Shown in pieces: positions 14,971-22,244 of a stretch of DNA of 32,000 nucleotides. The position numbers were made by a program, and so were the translations under genes. The stretch covers positions 120,001-152,000 of the forward strand of contig NC_009664.2 in the NCBI RefSeq assembly GCF_000017305.1. Direction: 5' to 3'. The notes under the pieces are model-generated. The model did no database searches. It saw only the letters and a list, made by a program, of their open reading frames with translations, and had not been told where the DNA came from. Source of the DNA: Kineococcus radiotolerans SRS30216 = ATCC BAA-149. Its GTDB lineage: Bacteria; Actinomycetota; Actinomycetes; Actinomycetales; Kineococcaceae. Position 1 is the stretch's first letter. Each line of letters opens with the position of its first letter.

Positions 14971-16491
14971 TCAGACCCGGGTGCGGCGCTCCAGCGCGGA
15001 CAGCTGGTGCTGCAGCTCCGCGGTCGCCTCGTGCAGCGCCCGGTAGGCGGGGTACAACCCGGCGTAGATCTCCGCCGCTGCCGGATCGGGTTCCGTGGTG
15101 GACTCCACCCGGTTCCAGACCGCGTCCACGTCCACCGCGCCGAGGGCCACCGCGGCGAACTTCGCGTCCCCCAGCGAGGCCCCGATGCGCTCGGCCGGCA
15201 GGTCCTGCCGCAACCCGGTGACGTCGGTGACGATCTGCGGCCACAGCGGCGACCCGGTTCCGCCCCCGACCGCGACCACCCGGCGGATGTCGACCCCCGC
15301 GGCCCGCATCTCGTCGAGGTTGTGCCGCACGCCGAAGGCCGTCGCCTCCAGCAGGGCGCGGTCGACCTCGCCGCGGGTGGTGCGCAACGTGAGGCCCAGC
15401 AACGCTCCCCGTGCCTCGGCGTCGGCGAACGGCGTCCGCTCCCCCGCGAAGTACGGCAGGGCCACCAGCCCGTGCGCACCCGGGGGAACGGCAGCGGCCT
15501 CGGCGACGAGTTCACCCACGTCGGGGGCGCCGATGGTCTCGCGCCACCACTCCACGGCGCTGCCCGAGCTCGCCATGCCCGCCGCGAGCGTGCTCTGCCC
15601 CGGACGTACCCCGGCCGTCCCCCAGAGCGAGGGGTGGAACCGCGGGCCGTCGGTCACGGCGACGAAGAAGGTCGTCGACCCGTACATGACCATCAGGTCA
15701 CCGGGGCGGCCGACGTCGACGCTCTCCGCCTCGGCCCACGCGTCGCACGTCCCGGCCGCGACGGGCGTCCCGACGGGGATGCCGGTCGCGGCCGACGCCT
15801 CGGGGGTGACCGTCCCGACCCGTTCCGAGGGCCAGACCAGCCGGGGCATCGGCACCCCCGGCGCGATGCGGGCGCAGCGGTCCTCGATCCAGGCCATCTC
15901 GTGGCGGTCGTACAACGGGGTGCTCTGGCTGGCGGAGTGCCGGTCCAGCACGTACTCGCCGGTGAGCCGGAACACGAGGTAGGAGTTCGTCATGAAGAAG
16001 AAGCGCGCCCGGGCGAGGACGTCCGGCTCGTGCCGGCGCAGCCACTCGAGCTTGCCGCCGGCGGCCTGCGTCGACATGCGGGAACCGCAGCGGCGCAGCA
16101 GGTCGTGCGCTCCGTAACGTTCCTCCAGTTCGGCGGCCTCGACCACGGAGCGGGTGTCGACCCCGTACAGGATCGCCGGGCGCAGCGGACGACCGTGCTC
16201 GTCGGCGAGCAGGACCGTGGGACCGATCCCGCTGGCGCAGACCGCGGCGACGCGGCCCACCGCGACGTCGTCGGGGTCCGCGGCACGGGCGGTGAGTTCT
16301 CGCGAGATCGCGCGGAAGTCGTCCCACCACACCGCGTCGGCGTCGTGCTCGACGCGACCGGGACGAGGGTTGTCGGTGCGGTGCCGACGCGAGGCGCGCG
16401 CCAGGACCCGGCCGTCCAGCGTCGTCAGGACGCCCTTGCTGCTCCCGGTGCCGATGTCCACCCCGAGCAGCAGGTCACGATCTGGTAGCAC
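14971..16491 (-). CDS. FGGY-family carbohydrate kinase (xylulokinase / erythrulose-kinase-like)
   Basis: The N-terminal motif is LLLGVDIGTGSSKGVL and the C-terminal FGGY domain reads VVAVGGGTGSPLWPQIVTDVTG. The preferred start is GTG 16491, 8 nt after GAGGAGG. An alternative start is GTG 16521. Confidence 0.88.
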   Translation of the reverse strand: MLPDRDLLLGVDIGTGSSKGVLTTLDGRVLARASRRHRTDNPRPGRVEHDADAVWWDDFRAISRELTARAADPDDVAVGRVAAVCASGIGPTVLLADEHGRPLRPAILYGVDTRSVVEAAELEERYGAHDLLRRCGSRMSTQAAGGKLEWLRRHEPDVLARARFFFMTNSYLVFRLTGEYVLDRHSASQSTPLYDRHEMAWIEDRCARIAPGVPMPRLVWPSERVGTVTPEASAATGIPVGTPVAAGTCDAWAEAESVDVGRPGDLMVMYGSTTFFVAVTDGPRFHPSLWGTAGVRPGQSTLAAGMASSGSAVEWWRETIGAPDVGELVAEAAAVPPGAHGLVALPYFAGERTPFADAEARGALLGLTLRTTRGEVDRALLEATAFGVRHNLDEMRAAGVDIRRVVAVGGGTGSPLWPQIVTDVTGLRQDLPAERIGASLGDAKFAAVALGAVDVDAVWNRVESTTEPDPAAAEIYAGLYPAYRALHEATAELQHQLSALERRTRV

Positions 16492-16789
16492 TGCCCACGC
16501 CTCCTCGCGCCCGTCCTGCACCGCATCCTGTCACCCGTGCCGGGTGGGCAGGACGGCAGGACGCGACGCCAGGACCGGACCGACGAGGCCGGGGTCGACG
16601 GGCGGCGGTGGCCCCGCAGGAGGAGGCGCCCGCGCGCCACGGGCTGCGCCGGCGGGTGGTCCGGGCGTCCCCGCCCGCCACGTCCTCCGCGGGTCGGCCA
16701 CCCACGGCGTCCGGGGACCTCGGCGCGGTGCCACACCCCCGTCGGAGAGGAGCCGTCTCAGGGTGCCTGAGCCCGCCCTGCGCAGCTCC

Positions 16790-16817
16790 GGCTAATCATG
16801 TTACCTTGTGGCTAATC
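16790..16817. promoter_or_regulatory. AT-rich island with direct repeat GGCTAATC x2, 20 bp apart, between the divergent kinase and TetR genes
   Basis: GGCTAATC occurs at 16790-16797 and again at 16810-16817, separated by ATGTTACCTTGT. This is a striking low-GC patch in an otherwise >70% GC region. It shares the GGCTA core with the palindromes at 17891-17933. Confidence 0.4.
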
Positions 16818-16929
16818 CAGGTGCCCGTCATCGGGCGCGGCTGGCCGCCCACGAGACGACTGGTTCCGATCATGAGTTCCTCGCAGGACACGCACCCCGC
16901 CGCGCCGGGGCACGGAACCCGGGCCCACG

Positions 16930-17514
16930 GTGCCTAGAGCCGGTCTCGACGCCGCCACCGTCACCCGCGCAGCCGCCGAGGTCGTCGACGACGTCGGTTA
17001 CGCCGGTCTCACGATGGGGCTGGTCGCGGACAGGCTCGGGGTGCGGGCGCCGTCCCTGTACAAGCACGTGGCGGGGCAGGCGGACTTGAGTCGCCGCATC
17101 GCGGTGCTGGCGGTCACCGAGATCGGCGACGCTCTGCGCGACGCCCTGCAGGGCAAGTCGGAGCGCCAGGCGCTCGAAGCCGCCGCCCACGCGACACGGC
17201 AGTACGCCCGGAACTTCCCCGGCCGCTTCGCGGCGACCCTCTACACCACGGCGACCGATCTCGAGGATCCGCTCCACCTCGCGTGGCTGCGGGTCATCGA
17301 ATCCCACTCGGCCATCCTGAGCGGGTACGAGATCCAGGAGGAGGACAGCCGGCACGCCCTGCAGATGCTCCGCAGCTTCCTGGACGGGTTCTCCCTGATC
17401 GAGCCGGCGGGAGACCTGCACACCGAGGACGAGATCGACGCCAGCTTCCGCTGGCTGATCGCCTTCATCGACCGCGGCCTCCGCGAACTGTCCGACCCGT
17501 CGCGCGGGGCGTAG
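16930..17514 (+). CDS. TetR/AcrR-family transcriptional regulator
   Basis: GTG 16930 has no obvious SD, so the transcript may be leaderless. The HTH reads AAAEVVDDVGYAGLTMGLVADRLGVRAPSLYKHVAGQADL. The helical C-terminal ligand domain resembles the WHG type. Confidence 0.85.
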   Translation: MPRAGLDAATVTRAAAEVVDDVGYAGLTMGLVADRLGVRAPSLYKHVAGQADLSRRIAVLAVTEIGDALRDALQGKSERQALEAAAHATRQYARNFPGRFAATLYTTATDLEDPLHLAWLRVIESHSAILSGYEIQEEDSRHALQMLRSFLDGFSLIEPAGDLHTEDEIDASFRWLIAFIDRGLRELSDPSRGA

Positions 17515-17878
17515 CCCGCACCCACCGGCGCGGCGGACGGGTGCTCGTCGCCCGTGGGTCGTCACGAGGGACAGCACGTGCGCGACGGGCTGTCCTCGGC
17601 GTGAACCGGCCACCGCACGCACCCGCGTCGAAGGCCGCCACGCGGAGCCCGGGAGCGGCACGTCGACGGACGACGGGCCGGCGACACCGCAGCGCCGCGG
17701 AGGTCCACGTCCGCGGCCGGAGCGTGCCGCTACAGCGCCGCAGGAACCCGCTCTCACGGGGCACGCGCGAGCACTCCCACCGACCTTGCCGGGATTCCCC
17801 GAGTGGGACTCCTCGGGGATGCGCGCGCCGGTGCGGGGCGGCCGCGTGCGAGCGGCGGAGGAGACCACCGGAAAAGGG

Positions 17879-17933
17879 TTGACACCTCCTGGCTACGATA
17901 AATAGCCTACGGATATGGCTACTAACGTTAGCC
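17879..17933 (+). promoter_or_regulatory. Promoter plus tandem operator palindromes upstream of the alpha/beta-hydrolase gene
   Basis: A perfect -35 TTGACA (17879-17884) is followed by an 18-nt spacer and TAGCCT (17903-17908). Two GGCTA-N7-TAGCC inverted repeats lie at 17891-17907 and 17917-33, centres 26 bp apart. The second also contains the perfect 10-bp palindrome CTAACGTTAG. Confidence 0.55.
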
Positions 17934-17988
17934 TGGCGCCGACACCGACACCCGCGGGACGGCGCCTCAGCAGACCGGAGGACTCACC

Positions 17989-18957
17989 ATGAGCAAGCCG
18001 TACACCGACGCAGGCGAGATCCCCGTCGACGAACCGCAGCCGGTCATGACCTACCACCCGGTCACGGTCGACGCCCCGGGCCGCCCCGTCCCCCTGCAGG
18101 TCAAGGTCTCCGTGCCCGCCACCGGCACCGACCTGCCGGTCATCCTCCTCTCCCACGGTCACGGCGCGTCGAACTTCCTGGCCTCCATGAAGGGTTACGC
18201 CCCGCTGGTCGAGTTCTGGGCCGCCCACGGTTTCGCCGTCATCCAGCCCACGCACCTCGACGCCAACGAGCTCGGCCTGCGCGACACCGACCTCCCGGAC
18301 GCGCCGCTCTTCTGGCACGACCGGGCGAGCGACATGAGCCACGTCCTCGACCACCTCGGCGACATCCAGGACCAGGTCCCCGGTCTCGCCGCCCGCGGGC
18401 TCGACGCCGGACGGGTCGCCGCCGTCGGCCACTCCCTGGGAGGCATGACCGTGGCCTCCCTGCTGGGCATGCAGGTCCAGGACCCTGCCGACCGACGCGC
18501 CAAGAACCTCTCCGACCCCCGCATCAAGGCCGGCGTCGTCATCGGCGCTCCCGGCGCGGGCCACGACCTCGCGGACTGGGCGCGCGAGAACTACCCGATC
18601 CTGCAGCACCTGGACTTCAGCACCATGACGGGCACGGGTCTCGTCATCGCCGGCGACGCGGACCTCAACCCGTTCTTCTCCGAGCGGATCAGCTACCGCT
18701 CCGACGCGTTCACCCTCAGCCCGGGGCCCGGCAAGACCCTCCTGACCTTCTTCGGAGCGGAGCACATCTACGGGGGCGTCTCCGGCTACGACGCGGGCGA
18801 GACGTCGGACGAGAACCCCGAACGGGTCGCCACCCTGCGGGCCCTCGTCTGGGCGTACCTGCGCAGCCGCCTCTTCGCCGGCGACCCCGCCTGGCAGAAC
18901 GCCGTCGACGCCCTCGGCAACGCCAAGCAGCCCCTGGCCGAGGTCGAGTCGAAGTAG
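17989..18957 (+). CDS. Alpha/beta hydrolase (dienelactone-hydrolase / chlorophyllase / PAF-acetylhydrolase-like fold)
   Basis: ATG 17989 lies 6 nt after GGAGGA (17977-17982). The nucleophile elbow is VGHSLGGMT. The candidate Asp is in VIAGDADL and the candidate His in FGAEHIYGG. Confidence 0.8.
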   Translation: MSKPYTDAGEIPVDEPQPVMTYHPVTVDAPGRPVPLQVKVSVPATGTDLPVILLSHGHGASNFLASMKGYAPLVEFWAAHGFAVIQPTHLDANELGLRDTDLPDAPLFWHDRASDMSHVLDHLGDIQDQVPGLAARGLDAGRVAAVGHSLGGMTVASLLGMQVQDPADRRAKNLSDPRIKAGVVIGAPGAGHDLADWARENYPILQHLDFSTMTGTGLVIAGDADLNPFFSERISYRSDAFTLSPGPGKTLLTFFGAEHIYGGVSGYDAGETSDENPERVATLRALVWAYLRSRLFAGDPAWQNAVDALGNAKQPLAEVESK

Positions 18958-18988
18958 CAGGCGCGCCGACCCGAGCTCACCCCGCCCC

Positions 18989-19023
18989 ACCTCGGGCGAC
19001 GGCCGACGGGGCGCCCCCGAGGT
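18989..19023. terminator. Hairpin between the convergent hydrolase and nitroreductase-family genes
   Basis: ACCTCGGG (18989-18996) pairs with CCCGAGGT (19016-19023), an 8-bp stem with a 19-nt GC-rich loop. There is no U-tract. Confidence 0.3.
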
Positions 19024-19111
19024 CGCCCACCACGACCGGGAGCGACCGTGCGGACCGCGTTCGCGGCGACCGCCGGCGCCGTCACCCGCCACTCGCCTCT
19101 CCGGGGAAACC

Positions 19112-19612
19112 TCAGGGCGCAGTGGGGGTGGTCGTGATCCGGAACACCGGGTGCTTGGGCCCGGCGGCCAGGAGTCGCGCGTCGCTCGCGTCGGCACCGA
19201 CCCCGTCGAAGAACATCCCCACCTCCCACGCCCAGCGGCGCAGGTACTCCCGCAGCAGCGGCGGCTTGTCCGCCTCGGGCACCTCCACCGCGGTGAAGGC
19301 CTGCGAGCGCCGGCCCCAGCGCAGCTCCCCCGCGCCCGCGGCACGCAGGTTGCGCACCCACTGCGTGTCGCCGCGAGGGGCCACGAGGTAGCGCACCCCG
19401 TCGATCGTGAGGGGGTTCACCGGAGTCGTGCGCCACTGCCCGCTGCTGCGTCCGCGCACGGCGAGGACGCGGGAGCCGGCCAACGGCAGTCCCAGACGTG
19501 TCGCGGCGGCCACCAGGGGGTTGAGCACGCGTCGGGTGAGCAGGTCCGGCGCGACGTAGCGCGGGACGGGGTTGCGAGCGGTGGTCTGGTAAGAGAGCAC
19601 TGATCTCGTCAT
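19112..19612 (-). CDS. Deazaflavin (F420H2)-dependent nitroreductase/quinone-reductase family protein (DDN-like, split beta-barrel)
   Basis: ATG 19612 gives MTRSVLSY. The core RVLAVRGRSSGQWRTTPVNPLTIDGVRYLVAPRGDTQWVRNLRAAGAGEL...REYLRRW matches the actinobacterial DDN/PF04075-type family. The RBS is weak, so the start is uncertain. Confidence 0.78.
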   Translation of the reverse strand: MTRSVLSYQTTARNPVPRYVAPDLLTRRVLNPLVAAATRLGLPLAGSRVLAVRGRSSGQWRTTPVNPLTIDGVRYLVAPRGDTQWVRNLRAAGAGELRWGRRSQAFTAVEVPEADKPPLLREYLRRWAWEVGMFFDGVGADASDARLLAAGPKHPVFRITTTPTAP

Positions 19613-19679
19613 GCGGTCCAGTGTGCACCCACCGGCGCACCCTGACAAGAGCGGTGCTCTCGAAAGAGAGCGTCGCTCT
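19593..19679. promoter_or_regulatory. Array of GAGAGC/GCTCTC half-sites in the divergent DDN-like / TetR intergenic region (candidate TetR operators)
   Basis: GAGAGCAC (19593-19600) is the reverse complement of GTGCTCTC (19654-19661). GCTCTC-GAAA-GAGAGC forms a palindrome at 19656-19671. AGAGCG-T-CGCTCT forms a palindrome at 19667-19679. Confidence 0.5.
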
Positions 19680-19700
19680 GGGCCGTGAGAGGATCAGGGC

Positions 19701-20378
19701 GTGCCTGCCGTCCCGACCGCCCGCGAGCGCGCCCGTCGCGAGCTCACCGCCGACATCCTGGCCGCCGCCCGGCGCCAGCTCGCCACGTCCGGCGCGGCCG
19801 CGCTGTCGGTGCGCGCCGTGGCCCGCGAGCTGGGCCTGGCCTCCTCCGCCCTCTACCGATACTTCGCCACGCGCGACGAACTGCTGACGGCGCTGATCGT
19901 GGAGGCCTACGACGACGTCGCCGATGCGGTCGAGGCCACGGTCGGTCCCCGGCGCGGGGCATCGCGCCGCACCCGCTTCACCGCCGCCTGCCGGGCGTTC
20001 CGGGCCTGGGCCCTGGAGCACCCCCACGAGTACGCCCTCATCCACGGCTCGCCCGTGCCCGGTTACCGGGGCGACGAGCGGACCACGGCGGCCGGCGCGC
20101 GGGTCCCGCTGGCCCTGCTGTCGGTGCTGGCGGGGATGGACGCTCCCGCGGACTCCCCGCGCCTGGCGCCGCAGGTGGCCGAGGGCGCGGCCCGTGTCGC
20201 CGCGGCGGGGGCCGGCGAGGTGCCCCCCGCCCTCATCGTCACCGCGGCCCAGTGCTGGACGGCCCTGCTGGGGCTGGTGAGCAGCGAGCTGTTCGGCCAG
20301 CTGGCGAACACCTTCGACCCGGCCGACGCCTTCGCCGACGCCACGATCGAGGCGCTCGCCGACCGCCTCGGCCTCTGA
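19701..20378 (+). CDS. TetR/AcrR-family transcriptional regulator
   Basis: GTG 19701 follows GAGAGGA. The HTH reads ILAAARRQLATSGAAALSVRAVARELGLASSALYRYFATRDELL. It is divergent from the DDN-like gene. Confidence 0.88.
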   Translation: MPAVPTARERARRELTADILAAARRQLATSGAAALSVRAVARELGLASSALYRYFATRDELLTALIVEAYDDVADAVEATVGPRRGASRRTRFTAACRAFRAWALEHPHEYALIHGSPVPGYRGDERTTAAGARVPLALLSVLAGMDAPADSPRLAPQVAEGAARVAAAGAGEVPPALIVTAAQCWTALLGLVSSELFGQLANTFDPADAFADATIEALADRLGL

Positions 20379-20509
20379 GGTCGGCCCCCGCGGGCGCAGT
20401 TTCGACCGACGTCGGCGGGCAGCCGGTTCGGGCCCGATCCCGCGTGCCGAGGTGACGGAGCACCACGAGGCGGGGAACGGCTACGCGGGGGAACCGCGGT
20501 GGTGGGCGC

Positions 20510-22150
20510 TCACGGGAGTCGGGCTGCGGTGCGCGGGTGCGGCGCCACCTCGGCGAGCAGCGCCAGCAGGGACCGGTCCTGGCCGTGCGGGGCCAGGACG
20601 CACAGGCCGACGGGCAGGTCCCCGACCCGTCCCCACGGCAGGTTCAGGGCGGGGACCCCGGTCTGGGAAGCGAGGGTTGTCAGCGGCAGCGTCCCGGCGC
20701 GCACGGCCTCGAACCGGTCGGGGGTCGCCTCGATCCGCGGCGCCGGGGTGGCGGTGCTCGGCAGGCACAGCCACCCACCGCGGAGAACCGCGGTCAGGCG
20801 CGCGCGGGTCGCCTCGATCGTGGTCCGCGCGGCGTTCAGGGTTTCCGCTCCGACGCCCTCCCCCGCCCGGAACCGTGCCTCCACCGCCGGGGAGAGGGCG
20901 CCGGGGTTGGCGGTGATGAACGCGCCGTGGCTGGCCCACGCCTCAGCCGCCTGGACCGTCCGGAAGGCGGTCGTCCAGGCGGTGACCTCCTCGCCGGTGA
21001 AGTCCACGCCGACGTCGTCGACGTCGCGCAGGGGCAGGCCCGTCTGCACGGCCAGCGCCCGCAGGGCCGCCTCCACCGCCAGCGCGGTGGCGGGCTCGGC
21101 CACCTGGAACAGGGTGCGGCTGCGCAGCAGGGCACGGGGCCGGGCGGGCGGGTGCGTCGGGCCCGTCAGCAGCGCCGCGGCGGCGACGGCGAGCACCCCG
21201 GCGTCCCGGGCGAGCAGGCCGACGGTGTCGAAGGTCGGGGCCAGGGGCAGAACCCCGGCGGCGTCCACGGCGCCGTGGGTCGGGCGCCAGGCGTAGAGCC
21301 CGCTGAAGGAGCCGGGTACGCGCAGCGAACCCGCCGTGTCGGTCCCCAGGCCCAGGTCGGCGGTTCCGGAGGCGACCGCTGCGGCGCAACCGGAGGACGA
21401 TCCGCCGGGCACCCGGCCGGGGGCGGCCGGGTTGGGCGGGACGCCGTGGTGGGCGTTGACGCCCAGGAGGGAGAAGGCCAGTTCGTCGGTCTGAGCGATC
21501 CCGGCGATCCCGGCGCCGGCGTCCAGCAGCGCCTGCAGCGCCGGGGCGTTCACCGGCTCGGTGCGCGCCTGCTCCAGCCACCGCGGCACCCCGCCGCCGG
21601 TGCGCTGCCCGGCGACGGCGACGAGGTCCTTGACCGCGACGCGGATCCCCGTCAGCGGCCCCGTCCCGGCCCCGGCGGGCAGGGCGGTGGCGCTGTCTGG
21701 GGTGCGCCAGGTGGTGGCGTCAGCGGGCGCGGCGCTCGCCGCGGCGCTCTCCCCGGCGGGCTGCCGGGCCGGTCCGGCCGGCGGGGCGCTGGAGACGTGC
21801 GCGGCGGTGATCCGCCAGCCGTGGGGCCCGCGGTGCCAGAACTGGGTCTGCAGGCCGCGTCCACCGTCGAGGCGCTCGGTCTCGGAGACGGTGAACGCGT
21901 CGTCGGCGGAGACGGCCCGCAGGTGCACCCGCCGGAGCCACCGCGTCGGAGCCCCACCGCGACCTCGCCGGAACGCGGAGATCTGGTCGTGCCCGACCAG
22001 CGCCGTCCCCCCTTCGGCGCGGACGGTCCGCGGTCCGGGGGCGAAGAGGGCGTCCAGCGCGTCGAGGTCGTCCTCGCGCAGGGCCCGCTCGTACCGCGCC
22101 GCCGCGGCCAGCAGGCCGCCTTCGTCGCCGTCGTCGCCGTCGTCGTGCAC
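20510..22150 (-). CDS. Fusion protein: N-terminal AtzH-like (DUF3225 / SnoaL-NTF2-like) domain plus C-terminal amidase-signature amidase
   Basis: The N-terminal ~125 aa read AAARYERALREDDLDALDALFAPGP..VRAEGGTALVGHDQISAFRRGRGG...WHRGPHGWRITAAHVS. The amidase part reads AVKDLV (Lys), GGSSSGCAAAVA (cis-Ser) and LGTDTAGSLRVPGSFSG (nucleophile Ser). The proposed start is GTG 22150, after GGGAAGAGGA, and is uncertain. Confidence 0.85.
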   Translation of the reverse strand: MHDDGDDGDEGGLLAAAARYERALREDDLDALDALFAPGPRTVRAEGGTALVGHDQISAFRRGRGGAPTRWLRRVHLRAVSADDAFTVSETERLDGGRGLQTQFWHRGPHGWRITAAHVSSAPPAGPARQPAGESAAASAAPADATTWRTPDSATALPAGAGTGPLTGIRVAVKDLVAVAGQRTGGGVPRWLEQARTEPVNAPALQALLDAGAGIAGIAQTDELAFSLLGVNAHHGVPPNPAAPGRVPGGSSSGCAAAVASGTADLGLGTDTAGSLRVPGSFSGLYAWRPTHGAVDAAGVLPLAPTFDTVGLLARDAGVLAVAAAALLTGPTHPPARPRALLRSRTLFQVAEPATALAVEAALRALAVQTGLPLRDVDDVGVDFTGEEVTAWTTAFRTVQAAEAWASHGAFITANPGALSPAVEARFRAGEGVGAETLNAARTTIEATRARLTAVLRGGWLCLPSTATPAPRIEATPDRFEAVRAGTLPLTTLASQTGVPALNLPWGRVGDLPVGLCVLAPHGQDRSLLALLAEVAPHPRTAARLP

Positions 22151-22244
22151 GTGTCCTCTTCCCTGTCGGCTCGGGGGTGAGCGCGGGTGGTGCCGGTCGG
22201 CCGGTGTCGATCGGTGCCGCCGAGGGGATCGTGGTGGGCGCACC

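Noticed and set aside
16522-16789. A hidden gene or RNA in the ~400-nt kinase/TetR divergent region, including a small stem at about 16527-16552.
   Set aside because: All frames give Arg/Pro-rich nonsense. The stem is short and bulged. Nothing is distinctive beyond the GGCTAATC repeats, which are reported separately.
17515-17601. Possible read-through or recent nonsense mutation of the TetR TAG stop (29 further in-frame sense codons).
   Set aside because: The 194-aa protein is already a normal TetR length. The extension has only about 83% GC3 and no helical or TetR-like sequence, so it is most likely chance in GC-rich DNA.
17818-17905. Small ORF (about 28 aa, MRAPVRGGRVRAAEETTGKGLTPPGYDK) ending inside the operator region.
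   Set aside because: It has no RBS and poor codon bias, and it runs through the TTGACA promoter and the first palindrome. This is better explained as regulatory DNA.
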